Shown: positions 1-9,539, counted from the stretch's first letter. The stretch: DNA of 64,000 nucleotides from Gemmatimonadales bacterium (GCA_033764615.1 JANRIU010000048.1:68058-132057), one strand, 5' to 3'. Translations and numbers: made by a program. Notes: generated from the letters alone by a model not told the origin.

Positions 1-820
1 CGCACGACTCGAACCGCGCACCCGGCTCGGGCGCGAGCGCGCGGCTGAGCACCGTGTGCACGGCGGCGGGCAGGCCTCGCTCGGCGGGCAGTGGCGGCAC
101 CGCGCCCGTCAGCCGCGCCGCCAGTGCCGCCGCCGGCGAGCGCGCGGGCGACGCCGCGGTGGCCTCATCGAAGAGGGAGTGCCCCGCCAGCAGCTCGTAC
201 GCCACGCACGCCAGGCCGAACTGGTCCGTGCGCGCTTCCGCCGCGCCGGCCGTCAGTTGCTCCGGCGCCATGTACGCGAGCGAGCCCACCGCGGCGCCCG
301 TCCCGGTCAGACGCTCGGCCCCGTCGCCCGTGGCCGCCGCGACGATGCCCGCCACGCCGAAGTCCGCCAGCAGCGCGCGGCCGCCCGAGAGCAGGATGTT
401 CGCCGGCTTCACGTCGCGGTGCACCACACCGCGGGCGTGCGCCGCGTCGAGCGCACCGGCCACGTCGCGCAGTAGCGATACCGTCTCGGCCGCCGGCACC
501 GGCCCGCGCCCCAGCCGCTCCCCGAGCGACTCGCCCTCCACCAGCGGCATCGAATACCACGCCGTCTCCCCGACGATCCCCGCATCGAAGAGCGGCACGA
601 TGTGCGGATGCTGCAGCGTCGCGAGCAGCCGGATCTCCCGCAGGAATCGCTCCGCCGCCTCCCCGACCACGTGCGGCGCCAGCACCTTGATCGCCACGTC
701 GCGGCCAAGCTGCGTGTCGTGCGCGCGCCACACGACGCCCATCCCGCCGCGGCCCAGCTCGCCGTCGAGGCGGTAGCGCGCGCCGAGCGCCGCCGTGAGG
801 GCGGCGGAGGGGGCGGTCAT
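1..820 (-). CDS. Ser/Thr protein kinase, catalytic domain (3' end runs off the left window edge)
   Basis: Not in the ORF track because there is no in-window stop. Reverse translation from ATG 820-818 gives MTAPSAALTAALGARYRLDGELGRGGMGVVWRAHD..RDVAIKVL..HRDVKPANILL..LADFGVA..GSLAYMAPEQ. These are the Hanks glycine loop, VAIK lysine, HRDxKPxN, DFG and APE motifs. Confidence 0.85.
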   Translation of the reverse strand, partial: MTAPSAALTAALGARYRLDGELGRGGMGVVWRAHDTQLGRDVAIKVLAPHVVGEAAERFLREIRLLATLQHPHIVPLFDAGIVGETAWYSMPLVEGESLGERLGRGPVPAAETVSLLRDVAGALDAAHARGVVHRDVKPANILLSGGRALLADFGVAGIVAAATGDGAERLTGTGAAVGSLAYMAPEQLTAGAAEARTDQFGLACVAYELLAGHSLFDEATAASPARSPAAALAARLTGAVPPLPAERGLPAAVHTVLSRALAPEPGARFESC

Positions 821-877
821 GCGGGCACGAGGCGCAGGGTCATCCGTCGCGGGCCTGAGGTGAGCGAGGGGGGTGCG

Positions 878-1330
878 TCACCGGCCTCCGCCGAGGTCCT
901 TGAGGAAGTGCACGAGGCGCTCCACGCTGGCGAAGCCGAGCGCCTCATGTGCCCGCACCGAGATGGTGTTGTCGATCAGCGCGTCCGATCCAATCTCCAC
1001 GCAGCCGCGGGCCCGCCCCCACGCCTCGCCGGCGCGCACGAGTGCGGCACCGACGCCGCGCCGCCGCATGTCCGCATCGACGTACCACCCCTCGAGATAC
1101 GCCACCGGGCTGCTGCGGCAGCCGTCGGCGTACGGCCGCGTCCCCAGCTCGGCGAAGCCGGCCAGGCCGCGGCCGTCCTCGCGCTCGGCCACGAGCACGA
1201 TCGCGTCGGCACGCGCGAGCCAGGCATCGGCATCGGCATCCGGGTCACCGTCCGCGATGTCGGGCCAGAGCGCGAGGCGCATGCGCAGCCACTCGGCGCG
1301 GTCGGCGGCGTGGTACGGCCGGATCGTCAC
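878..1330 (-). CDS. GNAT acetyltransferase, AAC(6')-I-like (aminoglycoside 6'-N-acetyltransferase family homolog)
   Basis: Inner GTG start (VTIRPYH..) of track ORF 878..1582. The sequence [55 protein letters not shown] aligns motif-for-motif with my memory of AAC(6')-Iy/Iz type enzymes. Confidence 0.75.
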   Translation of the reverse strand: MTIRPYHAADRAEWLRMRLALWPDIADGDPDADADAWLARADAIVLVAEREDGRGLAGFAELGTRPYADGCRSSPVAYLEGWYVDADMRRRGVGAALVRAGEAWGRARGCVEIGSDALIDNTISVRAHEALGFASVERLVHFLKDLGGGR

Positions 1331-1356
1331 CTGACGCCGGAACCCGGACGCGCCCG

Positions 1357-1878
1357 TCACGCGGACGAACCGCCCTCGGCTTCGTCGAACGCCGGGTGGT
1401 AGCGGGCCACGCCGTGCGCCGATGCCAGTGCGCCGGGCCGGAGTTCGAGTGCCATGAAGCAGTCGTCCGGCACGTCGTACGCCGCGCGGAGTCCGAATCG
1501 CGACGCCGGGAGGAAGCCGAACCGCGGGTAGTAGGCCGCGTGGCCGAGCACGGCCACCGCGTCTGCACCGAGCGCGCGGCACGCGGCGAGGCCCGAGGCC
1601 ACCAGCGCGGAGCCGACGCCGGCGCGCTGGCGCGCGGGCAGCACCGCCATCGGCGCGAGGCCCATGAGGCGGAGCGCCGGGGCCGCGTCGAGCGTCATCG
1701 GCGAGAAGAGGATGTGGCCGACGATGTCGCCGTCCGCCTCCGCGACGAGCGACACGCGCGGCGCGGCGGCGCCCCGGAGCCGGTCGACGAGGCCGGCTTC
1801 CTCGCCGGTCTCGAACGCGGCGAGATGCACGCGGCGGATCGCGTCCGTGTCCGCGGGCCGCTCATCGCGAACGATCAT
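1357..1878 (-). CDS. GNAT family N-acetyltransferase (YhbS-like)
   Basis: [22 protein letters not shown].., acetyl-CoA motif [16 protein letters not shown]-terminal YYPRFGF. Start taken at the internal Met of track ORF 1357..1905. Confidence 0.8.
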   Translation of the reverse strand: MIVRDERPADTDAIRRVHLAAFETGEEAGLVDRLRGAAAPRVSLVAEADGDIVGHILFSPMTLDAAPALRLMGLAPMAVLPARQRAGVGSALVASGLAACRALGADAVAVLGHAAYYPRFGFLPASRFGLRAAYDVPDDCFMALELRPGALASAHGVARYHPAFDEAEGGSSA

Positions 1879-2037
1879 CGCGCAGCGCCGCGACGCACGA
1901 CGCACCTGAGGGATGCGGGCATGGAAGGACTCCTTCTCGGGCGACTGGCCGCGCGGTGCCGCAGGTCAGGCCGCCGCATGGCGGTTCCTCGTACGGTGCC
2001 CGCACGGCGCCGCCCGCGCAAGGCGGGCAGCTGGCGA

Positions 2038-2499
2038 TCACTCCTCCAGCCGAGGTGCCTCCGGCTCGCCGGCCGCGAGGCGTGCCGCCCCGCGCCGCGC
2101 CAGCAGCAGCGTCGCCGCGGCCGATCCGCCGCCCATGCCGACGAAGAGCACGAAGTTGGTGACCAGCGCGTCGAGCGTCCACGCCGAGTGCGCGCCCGCA
2201 TACAGCAGGCCGAAGAGGGCGAGCCCGGCGCCGACCCCGAGCGCGACGAAGCGCGGCAGCGAGAGCGACTCGAGCTTGCGGCCGCGCGCGGTGAGCGCCA
2301 GCACGCCGGCGAACGCGACCCCGATGAGGAACGCCCAGACCGACCCGCCGACGACCACGATGCCGATCTCCCGGTCCACGTCGCCGCGGCGCACGACGAA
2401 GAGCACGGCGGCGAGCGACGCGAGCGCGACGCCGACACCGGCCCCGAAGGTGAGACCGGTGACGAGCATGGCACGGAGGACGCGACCCCAACGAGGCAT
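2038..2499 (-). CDS. hypothetical integral membrane protein (about 4 TM segments)
   Basis: 153-aa ORF with high GC3 and four long hydrophobic stretches. No recognisable family. Confidence 0.55.
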   Translation of the reverse strand: MPRWGRVLRAMLVTGLTFGAGVGVALASLAAVLFVVRRGDVDREIGIVVVGGSVWAFLIGVAFAGVLALTARGRKLESLSLPRFVALGVGAGLALFGLLYAGAHSAWTLDALVTNFVLFVGMGGGSAAATLLLARRGAARLAAGEPEAPRLEE

Positions 2500-2508
2500 G
2501 GTCGCAAT

Positions 2509-3039
2509 CTACGTCGTGTCGCCCCCGCCTTCACGCACGGCGGCCGCCACGCGCTCCCGCAGCGCGACGAACTCCCCGGGGGAATACACGGGGCCGGTGA
2601 TCGCGCGCGGGTCGATCGGCCCGCCCTCGAACGGGTCACCCGCGTAGCGCGGAAAGAGATGCAGGTGGAGGTGCGGCAGCGTGTTCCCGTGGATCTCGTA
2701 GTTGAGCTTGACCGCGCCCGTCGCCTCCGCGACCGCGCGGCTCACGCGCCGCACGTCGCGCATGAACGCGGCGGCCTCGGCGGCGTCGAGGTCGTGCAGC
2801 TCCACGGCGTGTCGGCGGAAGACGACGCACGCGTAGCCGCGCATCGGCGCGGCCTCCTGCATCGTGAGCCATCCGGCGTCGAGCTCCAGCACCACGTCGC
2901 GCGGTGCGCCGCGCGCGCAGATCGGGCAGCCCGCACCCGCGCGGGCGGCGGCCCACGACGCGGGGTCGTGCCACCTCGCAGGCGGACGCGCGGGTGCGCC
3001 GCGGGCGGTGTCGCTGGACGGACGGGAGTGATCGGTCAT
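2509..3039 (-). CDS. HIT family hydrolase
   Basis: Histidine triad HLHLHLFPR near the C-terminus, with CPIC upstream. Start is MTDHSRP inside track ORF 2509..3516. The ATG overlaps the SDR stop by 4 nt. Confidence 0.85.
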   Translation of the reverse strand: MTDHSRPSSDTARGAPARPPARWHDPASWAAARAGAGCPICARGAPRDVVLELDAGWLTMQEAAPMRGYACVVFRRHAVELHDLDAAEAAAFMRDVRRVSRAVAEATGAVKLNYEIHGNTLPHLHLHLFPRYAGDPFEGGPIDPRAITGPVYSPGEFVALRERVAAAVREGGGDTT

Positions 3040-3902
3040 CGGGGCGCCGGGGGCGCCGCCGCGCTCCCAGCGAGCAGCCCGCCATCGAGCGTGAACACGC
3101 CGCCCGTCGCGTACCCCGACTCGTCCGCCGCGAGGTACACCGCGAGCGCCGCGACCTCCTCGGGCGTGCCGAAGCGCCGGAGCGGCGTGTCGGCCACCAT
3201 CGCCGCCTCCCGCGCCCCGCGATCGGGGCCCTCGCCGAGCATGGCATCCCACATCGGCGTCAGGATGGCCGCGGGCGCGATCGCGTTGCAGCGCACGCGC
3301 AGCCCCTCCTCCGCGCAATACAGCGCCACCGTGCGCGTGTGGTTCAGCACCGCCGCCTTGCTCGCGGCATAGGCGGCGGCGCGCGGGATGCCGACCATCC
3401 CCGACCGCGACGCGATGTTCACGATGCTCCCCGCGCCGTGGCGCCGCATCGCGCCGATCGCGGCGCGGCAGCCGAGCACCACGCCCTCGAGGTTGGTGGC
3501 AAGCACCGCGCGCCATGCATCGAGCGCGAGGTGCTCGGGGTCGTGCGCGCCAGTGCCCTCCTCGAAACCGGTGATGCCGGCGTTGTTGACGAGCACGTCG
3601 AGCCGCCCGTGCGCGGCGAGGAGCGCATCGGTCACCCGGCGCCAGTCGTCCTCGCGGCGCACGTCGAGCCGCGCGTACCGCGCCGCGCCACCGAGCGACG
3701 CGGCGAGCGCCGCGCCCTCGTCGTCCCGGAGGTCGGTCACCCAGACGATCGCGCCCTCGCGGGCGAACGCGCGCGCGATCGCCGCGCCGATGCCGCGGAC
3801 CGAGCCGGTGACGAGCGTGATGCGTTGGGTCAGTCGTGTCAGGCGCGCACGCCTCCTTGCGGGAATCTCAACGGTAACGGCGTCGCCCGCCGGCCGAGGC
3901 AC
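3036..3902 (-). CDS. SDR family oxidoreductase (short-chain dehydrogenase)
   Basis: TGSVRGIG Rossmann motif, NNAG, catalytic S..YAASK. The true start is probably internal, shortly before ITLVTG. Confidence 0.85.
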   Translation of the reverse strand: MPRPAGDAVTVEIPARRRARLTRLTQRITLVTGSVRGIGAAIARAFAREGAIVWVTDLRDDEGAALAASLGGAARYARLDVRREDDWRRVTDALLAAHGRLDVLVNNAGITGFEEGTGAHDPEHLALDAWRAVLATNLEGVVLGCRAAIGAMRRHGAGSIVNIASRSGMVGIPRAAAYAASKAAVLNHTRTVALYCAEEGLRVRCNAIAPAAILTPMWDAMLGEGPDRGAREAAMVADTPLRRFGTPEEVAALAVYLAADESGYATGGVFTLDGGLLAGSAAAPPAPR

Positions 3903-3911
3903 GCCCCCGCG

Positions 3912-4664
3912 CTATGGCGCCAGCGCGTGCCCCACGGCGTCGAGCCAGCGCTCCCAGTCGCCCCCGACGGCGGGCGGGGCCGCGAACAGCGCATCGAGGC
4001 CGGCCACCCCGGTGAGCGCGAGCAGGCGCTTCTCGTTCAGCGTCCACAGGCCCCGCTCGCAGGCGCGCGCATGCGCCTCCTCCATCGCGGCGCGCGCCGC
4101 CTGGGCCACCGCGCCGACGACGTTGCCGCGCGCCGCATGCATGCGCGCGTACTCGAGGCTGAAGTCTCGGCAGAAGCGCCAGCGCGGGGGCGCCGTCTCG
4201 CGGAGAAGCGCGGGCATCGGCCCCACGACGGGCAGCGTGCCCGCGAGCACGCGCCCCGACGCGAGCTCGGCGGCGAGGCTGTAGGTCGGCAACCCGGCGG
4301 CGTAGCCCAGCAGCGCGTCGAGCTCCCACTCGCCCGCCTCGGCGCGCGCCGTCCAGTGCAGGACGACGTCGAGGTCCCGCAGCAGCACGTCGACGACGAG
4401 GTCGCCCACACGGAGCCACGCCCCGCCGTTCATGATCCGGCCCCAGGCGCCGGGCGGATGCACCTCGCCACGCGCCGCGAGCGCGTCGAGCCCGAGCGCG
4501 CCGCGGTAGTACACGGCGACGTCCCAGTCGCTGCCGGCATCGGCGCCCCCCGCCGCACGCGAGCCGCCCAGCGCCACGGCGACGGTGCCGGGAAGCGTGG
4601 CGAGCATCGCCACCACCTCGGCGACGTCGGGCGGGAGTGCGGGCGTGCCGACCGCTGCCGTCAT
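3912..4664 (-). CDS. nucleotidyltransferase-domain protein (KNTase/ANT-like fold)
   Basis: GGSRAAGGADAGSDWDVAVYY matches the minimal NTase GS..D.D signature, followed by a helical C-terminal domain. Confidence 0.65.
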   Translation of the reverse strand: MTAAVGTPALPPDVAEVVAMLATLPGTVAVALGGSRAAGGADAGSDWDVAVYYRGALGLDALAARGEVHPPGAWGRIMNGGAWLRVGDLVVDVLLRDLDVVLHWTARAEAGEWELDALLGYAAGLPTYSLAAELASGRVLAGTLPVVGPMPALLRETAPPRWRFCRDFSLEYARMHAARGNVVGAVAQAARAAMEEAHARACERGLWTLNEKRLLALTGVAGLDALFAAPPAVGGDWERWLDAVGHALAP

Positions 4665-4791
4665 GCCATCAATCTGCCACGTCGCGGCTTGCCGACCGCC
4701 ACCTGCGCGCAGGCGAGGTCATCCGCCAACAGCGCACTGTGCAGCGGGCAATCACGCGCGGCCACGCGAGCAGCGCCCGGCCGCGGACGCC

Positions 4792-5181
4792 TCACGGCTG
4801 GCACCCCATGCTCGTCCCGCCGCACGCGAGCGGCGCCTCCGCCGGCACGCCGCAGCTCGGCCAGCGCTGGAAGAGCGAGCGGCTCAGGCCCCGCAGCAGG
4901 GCCCGGCGGCCGCTCCACTCGCCCGTTTCCGTCACCTCGACGCTGTAGACGACGGCGCCACTCCGCAGCTCGTACACCTGCATCCAGAGCGCCACCTCCC
5001 GCGGGCCGCACCCCACCAGCACGCCGCACCCGCCGTCGGTCCAGGTGGTGAGGGTCGGAACGGCGAGGTGCGTGGCGGGGAGCACATCGGCGATGCGACC
5101 CAGGTACCCGGCGCCGATGATGCGTGGCGCGGGCTGTGCCGCCTGCGCGAGCAGTGCCTCCGTGCTGTCGGGCGGCAGCAT
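4792..5181 (-). CDS. hypothetical protein with Cys-rich C-terminus
   Basis: 129-aa ORF with strongly GC3-biased codons. Ends WPSCGVPAEAPLACGGTSMGCQP. No family recognised. Confidence 0.45.
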   Translation of the reverse strand: MLPPDSTEALLAQAAQPAPRIIGAGYLGRIADVLPATHLAVPTLTTWTDGGCGVLVGCGPREVALWMQVYELRSGAVVYSVEVTETGEWSGRRALLRGLSRSLFQRWPSCGVPAEAPLACGGTSMGCQP

Positions 5182-5194
5182 CCTGGTGCTCGCG

Positions 5195-5566
5195 TCAGAT
5201 CGGCCGCAGCTGCTCGTCGATGCTGCGCGTCTGCGCCGTGACCACGTCGCCGGTGTGCTGCGTCGACCGCCGCTCGATGAGCATCACGTGGCACTCCTCG
5301 TCCGCCACCGGGTGGTGCCGCACGCCCTTCGGCACGACGTACGCCTCGCCCTCCGAGAGCGTCACGCTCCCCGCCTCCATCTCCAGGCGCAGCGACCCCT
5401 TCAGGATGAAGAAGAGCTCGTCCTCGTGCTCGTGCGCGTGCCAGGCGAGCGTCCCCTGCACCTTCGCGACCTTCACGTACGCGTCATCGACTTCGGCGAT
5501 GACGCGCGGCGACCAGAGCTCGGTGAGCGATGCGGCAACGGCGCCCGGCGAGACGACCTTCGGCAT
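5195..5566 (-). CDS. cupin domain protein
   Basis: WHAHEHEDELFFILKG...VVPKGVRHHP is the two-motif cupin metal-binding signature. Start at MPKVV within track ORF 5195..5596. Confidence 0.75.
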   Translation of the reverse strand: MPKVVSPGAVAASLTELWSPRVIAEVDDAYVKVAKVQGTLAWHAHEHEDELFFILKGSLRLEMEAGSVTLSEGEAYVVPKGVRHHPVADEECHVMLIERRSTQHTGDVVTAQTRSIDEQLRPI

Positions 5567-5648
5567 GCGACCTCCCGCGCGCCACGGCGCGCTCATTCAG
5601 GCATCTTCACGGGTGCTCTCGTCCCGCCATTGGACGATAGCGCGGTCC

Positions 5649-6134
5649 TCAGCCCCGCCGCGCCGCCTCGATCGCCGCGATGTCGATCCTCCCCATCGTC
5701 ATCATCGCCTCGAACACGCGTGTCGCCGCGGCGGGGTCGGGATCGGCGAGCCCCTCCAGCAGCGCCACTGGCGTGATCTGCCACGAAATCCCCCACCGGT
5801 CCTTGCACCAGCCGCAGTCGCTGCCCTGCCCACCGTGGCCGACGATCGCGTCCCAGTAGCGGTCGGTCTCCGCCTGGTCGGCGGTCGCCACCTGGAAGGA
5901 GAACGCCTCGCAGTGCCGGAAGATGGGCCCGCCGTTGAGCCCGACACACGGGGTGCCGAGCACCGTGAACTGCACGGTGAGCACGTCACCGGCCCGGCCG
6001 CCCGGGAAGCCGGCCGGCGCACGGAACACCTCGCCGACGGCGGAGTCCGGAAAGACCGACGCATAGAACCGCGCCGCCTCCTCGGCGGCACCGTCGTACC
6101 AGAGGCAGATCGTGTTGCGGGGGATGGCGGGCAT
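5649..6134 (-). CDS. VOC/glyoxalase-superfamily protein (PhnB / 3-demethylubiquinone-9 methyltransferase-domain type)
   Basis: ICLWYDG.AEEAARFYASVFPDS...F.VLG....LNGGP.F.....FSF.V...DQAE.DRYW..I.......CGWCKDR.G.SWQI is typical of this family. Start at MPAIPRN. Confidence 0.8.
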   Translation of the reverse strand: MPAIPRNTICLWYDGAAEEAARFYASVFPDSAVGEVFRAPAGFPGGRAGDVLTVQFTVLGTPCVGLNGGPIFRHCEAFSFQVATADQAETDRYWDAIVGHGGQGSDCGWCKDRWGISWQITPVALLEGLADPDPAAATRVFEAMMTMGRIDIAAIEAARRG

Positions 6135-6291
6135 TGTATCGCTCCGGAAGGGGCCGCAGCCGAGGCTCGGCGGTCGCGCAGGAGGGGGCTGCGCCAACGC
6201 TAGCGGGCAGCGCGGGCGACCGCCCGGCCGTGGCGCGCAGCGATCGCGCGGCGGGCCGGCCTCGCGCGCTCATGTCGGCGCGCCAGCCCGT

Positions 6292-7029
6292 TCATCCCCG
6301 CGGCCCGCGTCCGGCCGCACCCGCGGCATGGGTGAACGCCACCACCTCCAGCCGGCTGCGCAGCGCGAGCTTCTCGAGCACGTTGTGCACGTGGCTCTTC
6401 ACCGTGTGGACGGCGATGCCGAGGCGCGTCGCGATCTCCTTGTTGCTGAGCCCCTCGCCGAGCAGCGCGATCACCTCGCGCTCGCGGTTGGTCAGCCGCA
6501 CCGACTCCAGCAGGAGCGCCTTGCTCGCGCCCGCGGTGTTCTGGATGACCTGCGCGAAGAGCGAGTTGGTGAGCGCCGTCGGGAGCACCTCCGCGCCTCC
6601 CGCGACGGCGCGGATGGTGGAGAAGAACTCCTCGTACGAGGCGTCCTTCATCACGAAGCCGGAGGCACCGGCGCGCACGTAGCTCGCGACGTCCGGCTGC
6701 ATCGGCTCGAGCCCCATGACGATGACCCGGGCGTCCGACACCTCGTCGCGCACCGTGGTCGTCAGGCTCAGGCTGTCACGCGTCTCGAGGCCGAAGTCGA
6801 GCAGCACGATGTCCGGCCGCGTCGCGCGCACCCGCTCCAGCGCCTCATCCACGTCGGCGGAGGCGGCGAGCACCTGGAAGCCGGGCTGCGTGCCGATCAT
6901 CGCCGCCAGCCCCTCGCGGAGCAGCCGGTTGTCGTCGATGAGCACGATGGAGATGGGCGCCGGCGCGGGCGGCGCCGGCGGGCGGGCGCGACGGGCGGAG
7001 GTCGTCTTGCGTGAGGCACGGGCAGCCAT
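6292..7029 (-). CDS. two-component response regulator, NarL/LuxR family
   Basis: REC domain (VLIDDN..DIVLLD..) plus a C-terminal LuxR HTH (LTNREREVIALLGEGLSNKEIATRLGIAVHTVKSHVHNVLEKL). No cognate kinase gene is adjacent. Confidence 0.85.
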   Translation of the reverse strand: MAARASRKTTSARRARPPAPPAPAPISIVLIDDNRLLREGLAAMIGTQPGFQVLAASADVDEALERVRATRPDIVLLDFGLETRDSLSLTTTVRDEVSDARVIVMGLEPMQPDVASYVRAGASGFVMKDASYEEFFSTIRAVAGGAEVLPTALTNSLFAQVIQNTAGASKALLLESVRLTNREREVIALLGEGLSNKEIATRLGIAVHTVKSHVHNVLEKLALRSRLEVVAFTHAAGAAGRGPRG

Positions 7030-7176
7030 GGTGCGTGCCTCCGGACGGAGCCGGCCCCCGGTCGCGCATGGCGGCGCGAGCGGGGGCGATCATGCGGACC
7101 TGACGCCGCGCGGCACGACTCCGCCGCGCAGCCGGGGAGTCCCGCGGGTGCGCGCGGGGCGGCGCCGGCCCCAATC

Positions 7177-7683
7177 CTAGGTGGCGGTACCGCCTGCCGG
7201 GCCGCCGCCGCCGGCCGCTCCCCGCGCTCGCCGCCCCGTCGACGGCGAGCGCGCCGTGCAGATGTACGGGTCACCGCAGGTGCCGGTGATGTGCACGTTG
7301 AACTCGAAGCGGTGCGTGGCGGCGACGCCGCCGAGCAGCGTGATGCGCACCGGGATGAACGGCGAGCCCGCCAGCGGGCCGATCGTCTGCCCGGCCGGGA
7401 TCGTCGCCGAGATGTGCTCGGCGCCCTGCGCCAGCGCCGTCAGCGGCACCCGGATCGCCACCGCGGGCGAGAGCTGGTACACGGACACCGACACTGCCCA
7501 GCGCGGCAGCCGCACGACATCGATCGACGTCGCCCCGACCTCCACCTCGGGCCCGACATGCACGCCCTGCACGAGGAACTGCGCCTTCCGCGGGCACTTC
7601 GGCAGGCACACGTTCACGTCCACGAACGACTGGCCCGACAGGATCACGCCGCGGGCCGACAGCGTCACCGACCGTGCTGACAT
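7177..7683 (-). CDS. hypothetical protein (beta-rich, two Cys pairs, Gly/Ala tail)
   Basis: 168-aa ORF with high GC3. GAGGAGG Shine-Dalgarno lies about 4 nt upstream of the ATG. No family recognised. Confidence 0.6.
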   Translation of the reverse strand: MSARSVTLSARGVILSGQSFVDVNVCLPKCPRKAQFLVQGVHVGPEVEVGATSIDVVRLPRWAVSVSVYQLSPAVAIRVPLTALAQGAEHISATIPAGQTIGPLAGSPFIPVRITLLGGVAATHRFEFNVHITGTCGDPYICTARSPSTGRRARGAAGGGGPAGGTAT

Positions 7684-7827
7684 GCGACCTCCTCGAAAGG
7701 GGACTGACCTCCTGCTCGCCAGGACTCCGCATGCCGGACACGCCGGCGCGACGCGACGCTGCCACCGGCAGCAGGCAGCCTCCGCGCTGCCGCGCCCGGA
7801 CGAACTCGTACCGCCGTGCGCGCGCCT

Positions 7828-8127
7828 TCACCTCCCGGATGCTGGCGAGGAGTGGGCGTTCCCGCAACGCCCGAGCAGCGCGCCGTGCCACGCGTCATCG
7901 GCGGCGAGGCGCACGCGCGGCGGACGGCCCGAGCTCTCGCGGGTGCCGGCGCGGCGCGCCTGCAGCGCCCGCAGCACCTCCATCGCGTCCGTGGCCCGGT
8001 CGGCCGGCACGAAGAGATGGTCGTGGCGCGTCCCCGCCACGACGTTGCAGCGGATGCCCGCCTCGGGGCGTAGGCCTCGTGGGCCGCGCCCGACGGCGCT
8101 GAGCGCCGACGGCGACCGTGCGGCCAC
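7828..8127 (-). pseudogene. possible 5'-truncated remnant of an ACT-domain protein
   Basis: SALSAVG...AGIRCNVVAGTRHDHLFVPADRATDAMEVLRAL resembles the conserved C-terminus (..ISaNViAGyyHDHiFVP..A..A...L) of small ACT_3/ACT_7 proteins as I recall them. The roughly 100 N-terminal residues are absent because the AKR gene stop lies 24 nt upstream. Confidence 0.3.
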
Positions 8128-8151
8128 GCGCGCGTGGCCGCCGGTGCCGCC

Positions 8152-9201
8152 TCACTCGGAATTCAAGTTGTAGCGGATGATCCCCGCGTGCGGCGACGAC
8201 GGGTCGCGCTCGGCGGCATACACGTCGCCCGCCGGCACCGGGAGGTCGGCGAGCACGGACGCGAGCTCCGCGTGGTCGGCCGGCGTGAGCCGCAGCGCGA
8301 GCGTGGCCGCCGCGCGCGCTGCGCTCGACTCCGAGCGGAAGCCCACCACCACCGCACCCACCGCCGACTGGTCGAGCACCCAGCGCTGCGCCACGTTCGC
8401 GATCCCCACGCCGTGCCGCGCCCCGATGTCGGCGAGTGCCACGAGCAGCCGCTGGAACGCCGCCCACCCGCCGCACTCCTCGATCACGAGCCGGTACTTG
8501 GTGAGCGAGCGGTTCTCGAGCGCGCCCGTCGGCGCCTCCGCCCCCCTCCACGCCTCGCCGAGGAAGCCACCGGCCACGGAGCCGTAGCAGAGCAGGTGCA
8601 CGCCGCGCCCGGCGACGAACGGCGCGAGCGCCCTGGCGGGGCGCCGGTCGAGCACCGAGTACTGCACCTGCGTCGCCACGAGCGGGATCCCCGCGTCGAG
8701 CAGCGTGCGCGTCCACGCGGTGTCGGTGTTGGTGAGGGCGAGGTGGCGGATCTTCCCTGCGCGTCGCAGGTCGTCCAGGATCCCCGCGACCTCCACCATG
8801 CCGGCCACCTCGTAGCGCCACCAGTGGAACTGCACGAGGTCGAGCGCCTCCGCGCGGAGCCGCCGGAGCGAGCGCTCGATGATGAGCGTCACGTACGCGC
8901 GGTCGACCGACGCGAGCGCATCCCGGTCGGGCACGAACTTGGTGTGCACCTGCACACGCCGTCCCGCGCGCGCGGCGCGGTAGTCGCCGATCAGCTCCTC
9001 GACGCCGGTGTAGATGTCGGCGCAGTCCAGCGTGTCGAGCCCGTGCGCCGCGAGGAGGTCCCACGTGGCCCAGAGCGCGTCGCGCGTCACTGCGCGCGCC
9101 GAGTGCCCCTCGGAGAGCTGCCACGCGCCCGCGATGATGCGCGGGATGGCGTAGCCGGGGGCGAGCGCGCACCGTTCCGCCTCCGGCGGCGCCCCGCTCA
9201 C
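8152..9201 (-). CDS. aldo/keto reductase
   Basis: 349 aa. Has D.ADIY, LDLVQFHWW and IRHLALTN motifs of the AKR family. Confidence 0.85.
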   Translation of the reverse strand: MSGAPPEAERCALAPGYAIPRIIAGAWQLSEGHSARAVTRDALWATWDLLAAHGLDTLDCADIYTGVEELIGDYRAARAGRRVQVHTKFVPDRDALASVDRAYVTLIIERSLRRLRAEALDLVQFHWWRYEVAGMVEVAGILDDLRRAGKIRHLALTNTDTAWTRTLLDAGIPLVATQVQYSVLDRRPARALAPFVAGRGVHLLCYGSVAGGFLGEAWRGAEAPTGALENRSLTKYRLVIEECGGWAAFQRLLVALADIGARHGVGIANVAQRWVLDQSAVGAVVVGFRSESSAARAAATLALRLTPADHAELASVLADLPVPAGDVYAAERDPSSPHAGIIRYNLNSE

Positions 9202-9539
9202 GCCGGCGGCAGCGGTTCACCGCTCTCGTCCGAGTGGCGGAGCGTCCGCGTCCCGGTGCGCGTGATGCGGAAGACCGCGCCGCAGTGCACGTCGGGGCAC
9301 GCGATGTCGGCGTCGGTCGTCATCCAGTCGTTCGGGTGCGTGGGCCGCTGCTTGGCGGGGAGGAGCGGCAGGAGCGCGGCCATGGCGTACAGCGGGAATC
9401 CCTGCCCGTCCGGCAGCGTGATCGTCCCCGACTTCACCTCGAAGTAGTCGCCGATGCGCTCGCGACAGAGCATCCGGCCGCGGTTGGCCACGACCTCCAC
9501 CCGGAGGTCGTACAGCGTGAACTCGTCGTGCGCGCGCAT
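9198..9539 (-). CDS. TIGR04076-like small protein
   Basis: Sequence V.V....R..C....GDYFEV.....LP.G.GF.LYAMAALLPLLPAKQR is consistent with my recollection of TIGR04076. Its stop overlaps the AKR start by 4 nt. Confidence 0.55.
   Translation of the reverse strand: MRAHDEFTLYDLRVEVVANRGRMLCRERIGDYFEVKSGTITLPDGQGFPLYAMAALLPLLPAKQRPTHPNDWMTTDADIACPDVHCGAVFRITRTGTRTLRHSDESGEPLPPA

Noticed and set aside
949-3372. 807-aa plus-strand ORF (and similar giants at 2904..5051, 8134..9447, 9234..10556, 21374..23197, 23560..25248, 31890..34667, 36963..39389, 44157..46301, 53138..56370)
   Set aside because: These have Arg/Ala/Pro/Gly-rich low-complexity translations with no motifs. Each lies antisense to well-supported minus-strand genes. 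Stop-codon scarcity in >70% GC DNA creates these shadow ORFs.
7271-7891. 206-aa minus ORF with a protein-like start (..LRERPLLASIREVKARARRYEFVRAR..)
   Set aside because: It runs out of frame through the better-supported 168-aa gene (which has an RBS and high GC3) and shows no family signal. It is possibly a relic, but I cannot support it.
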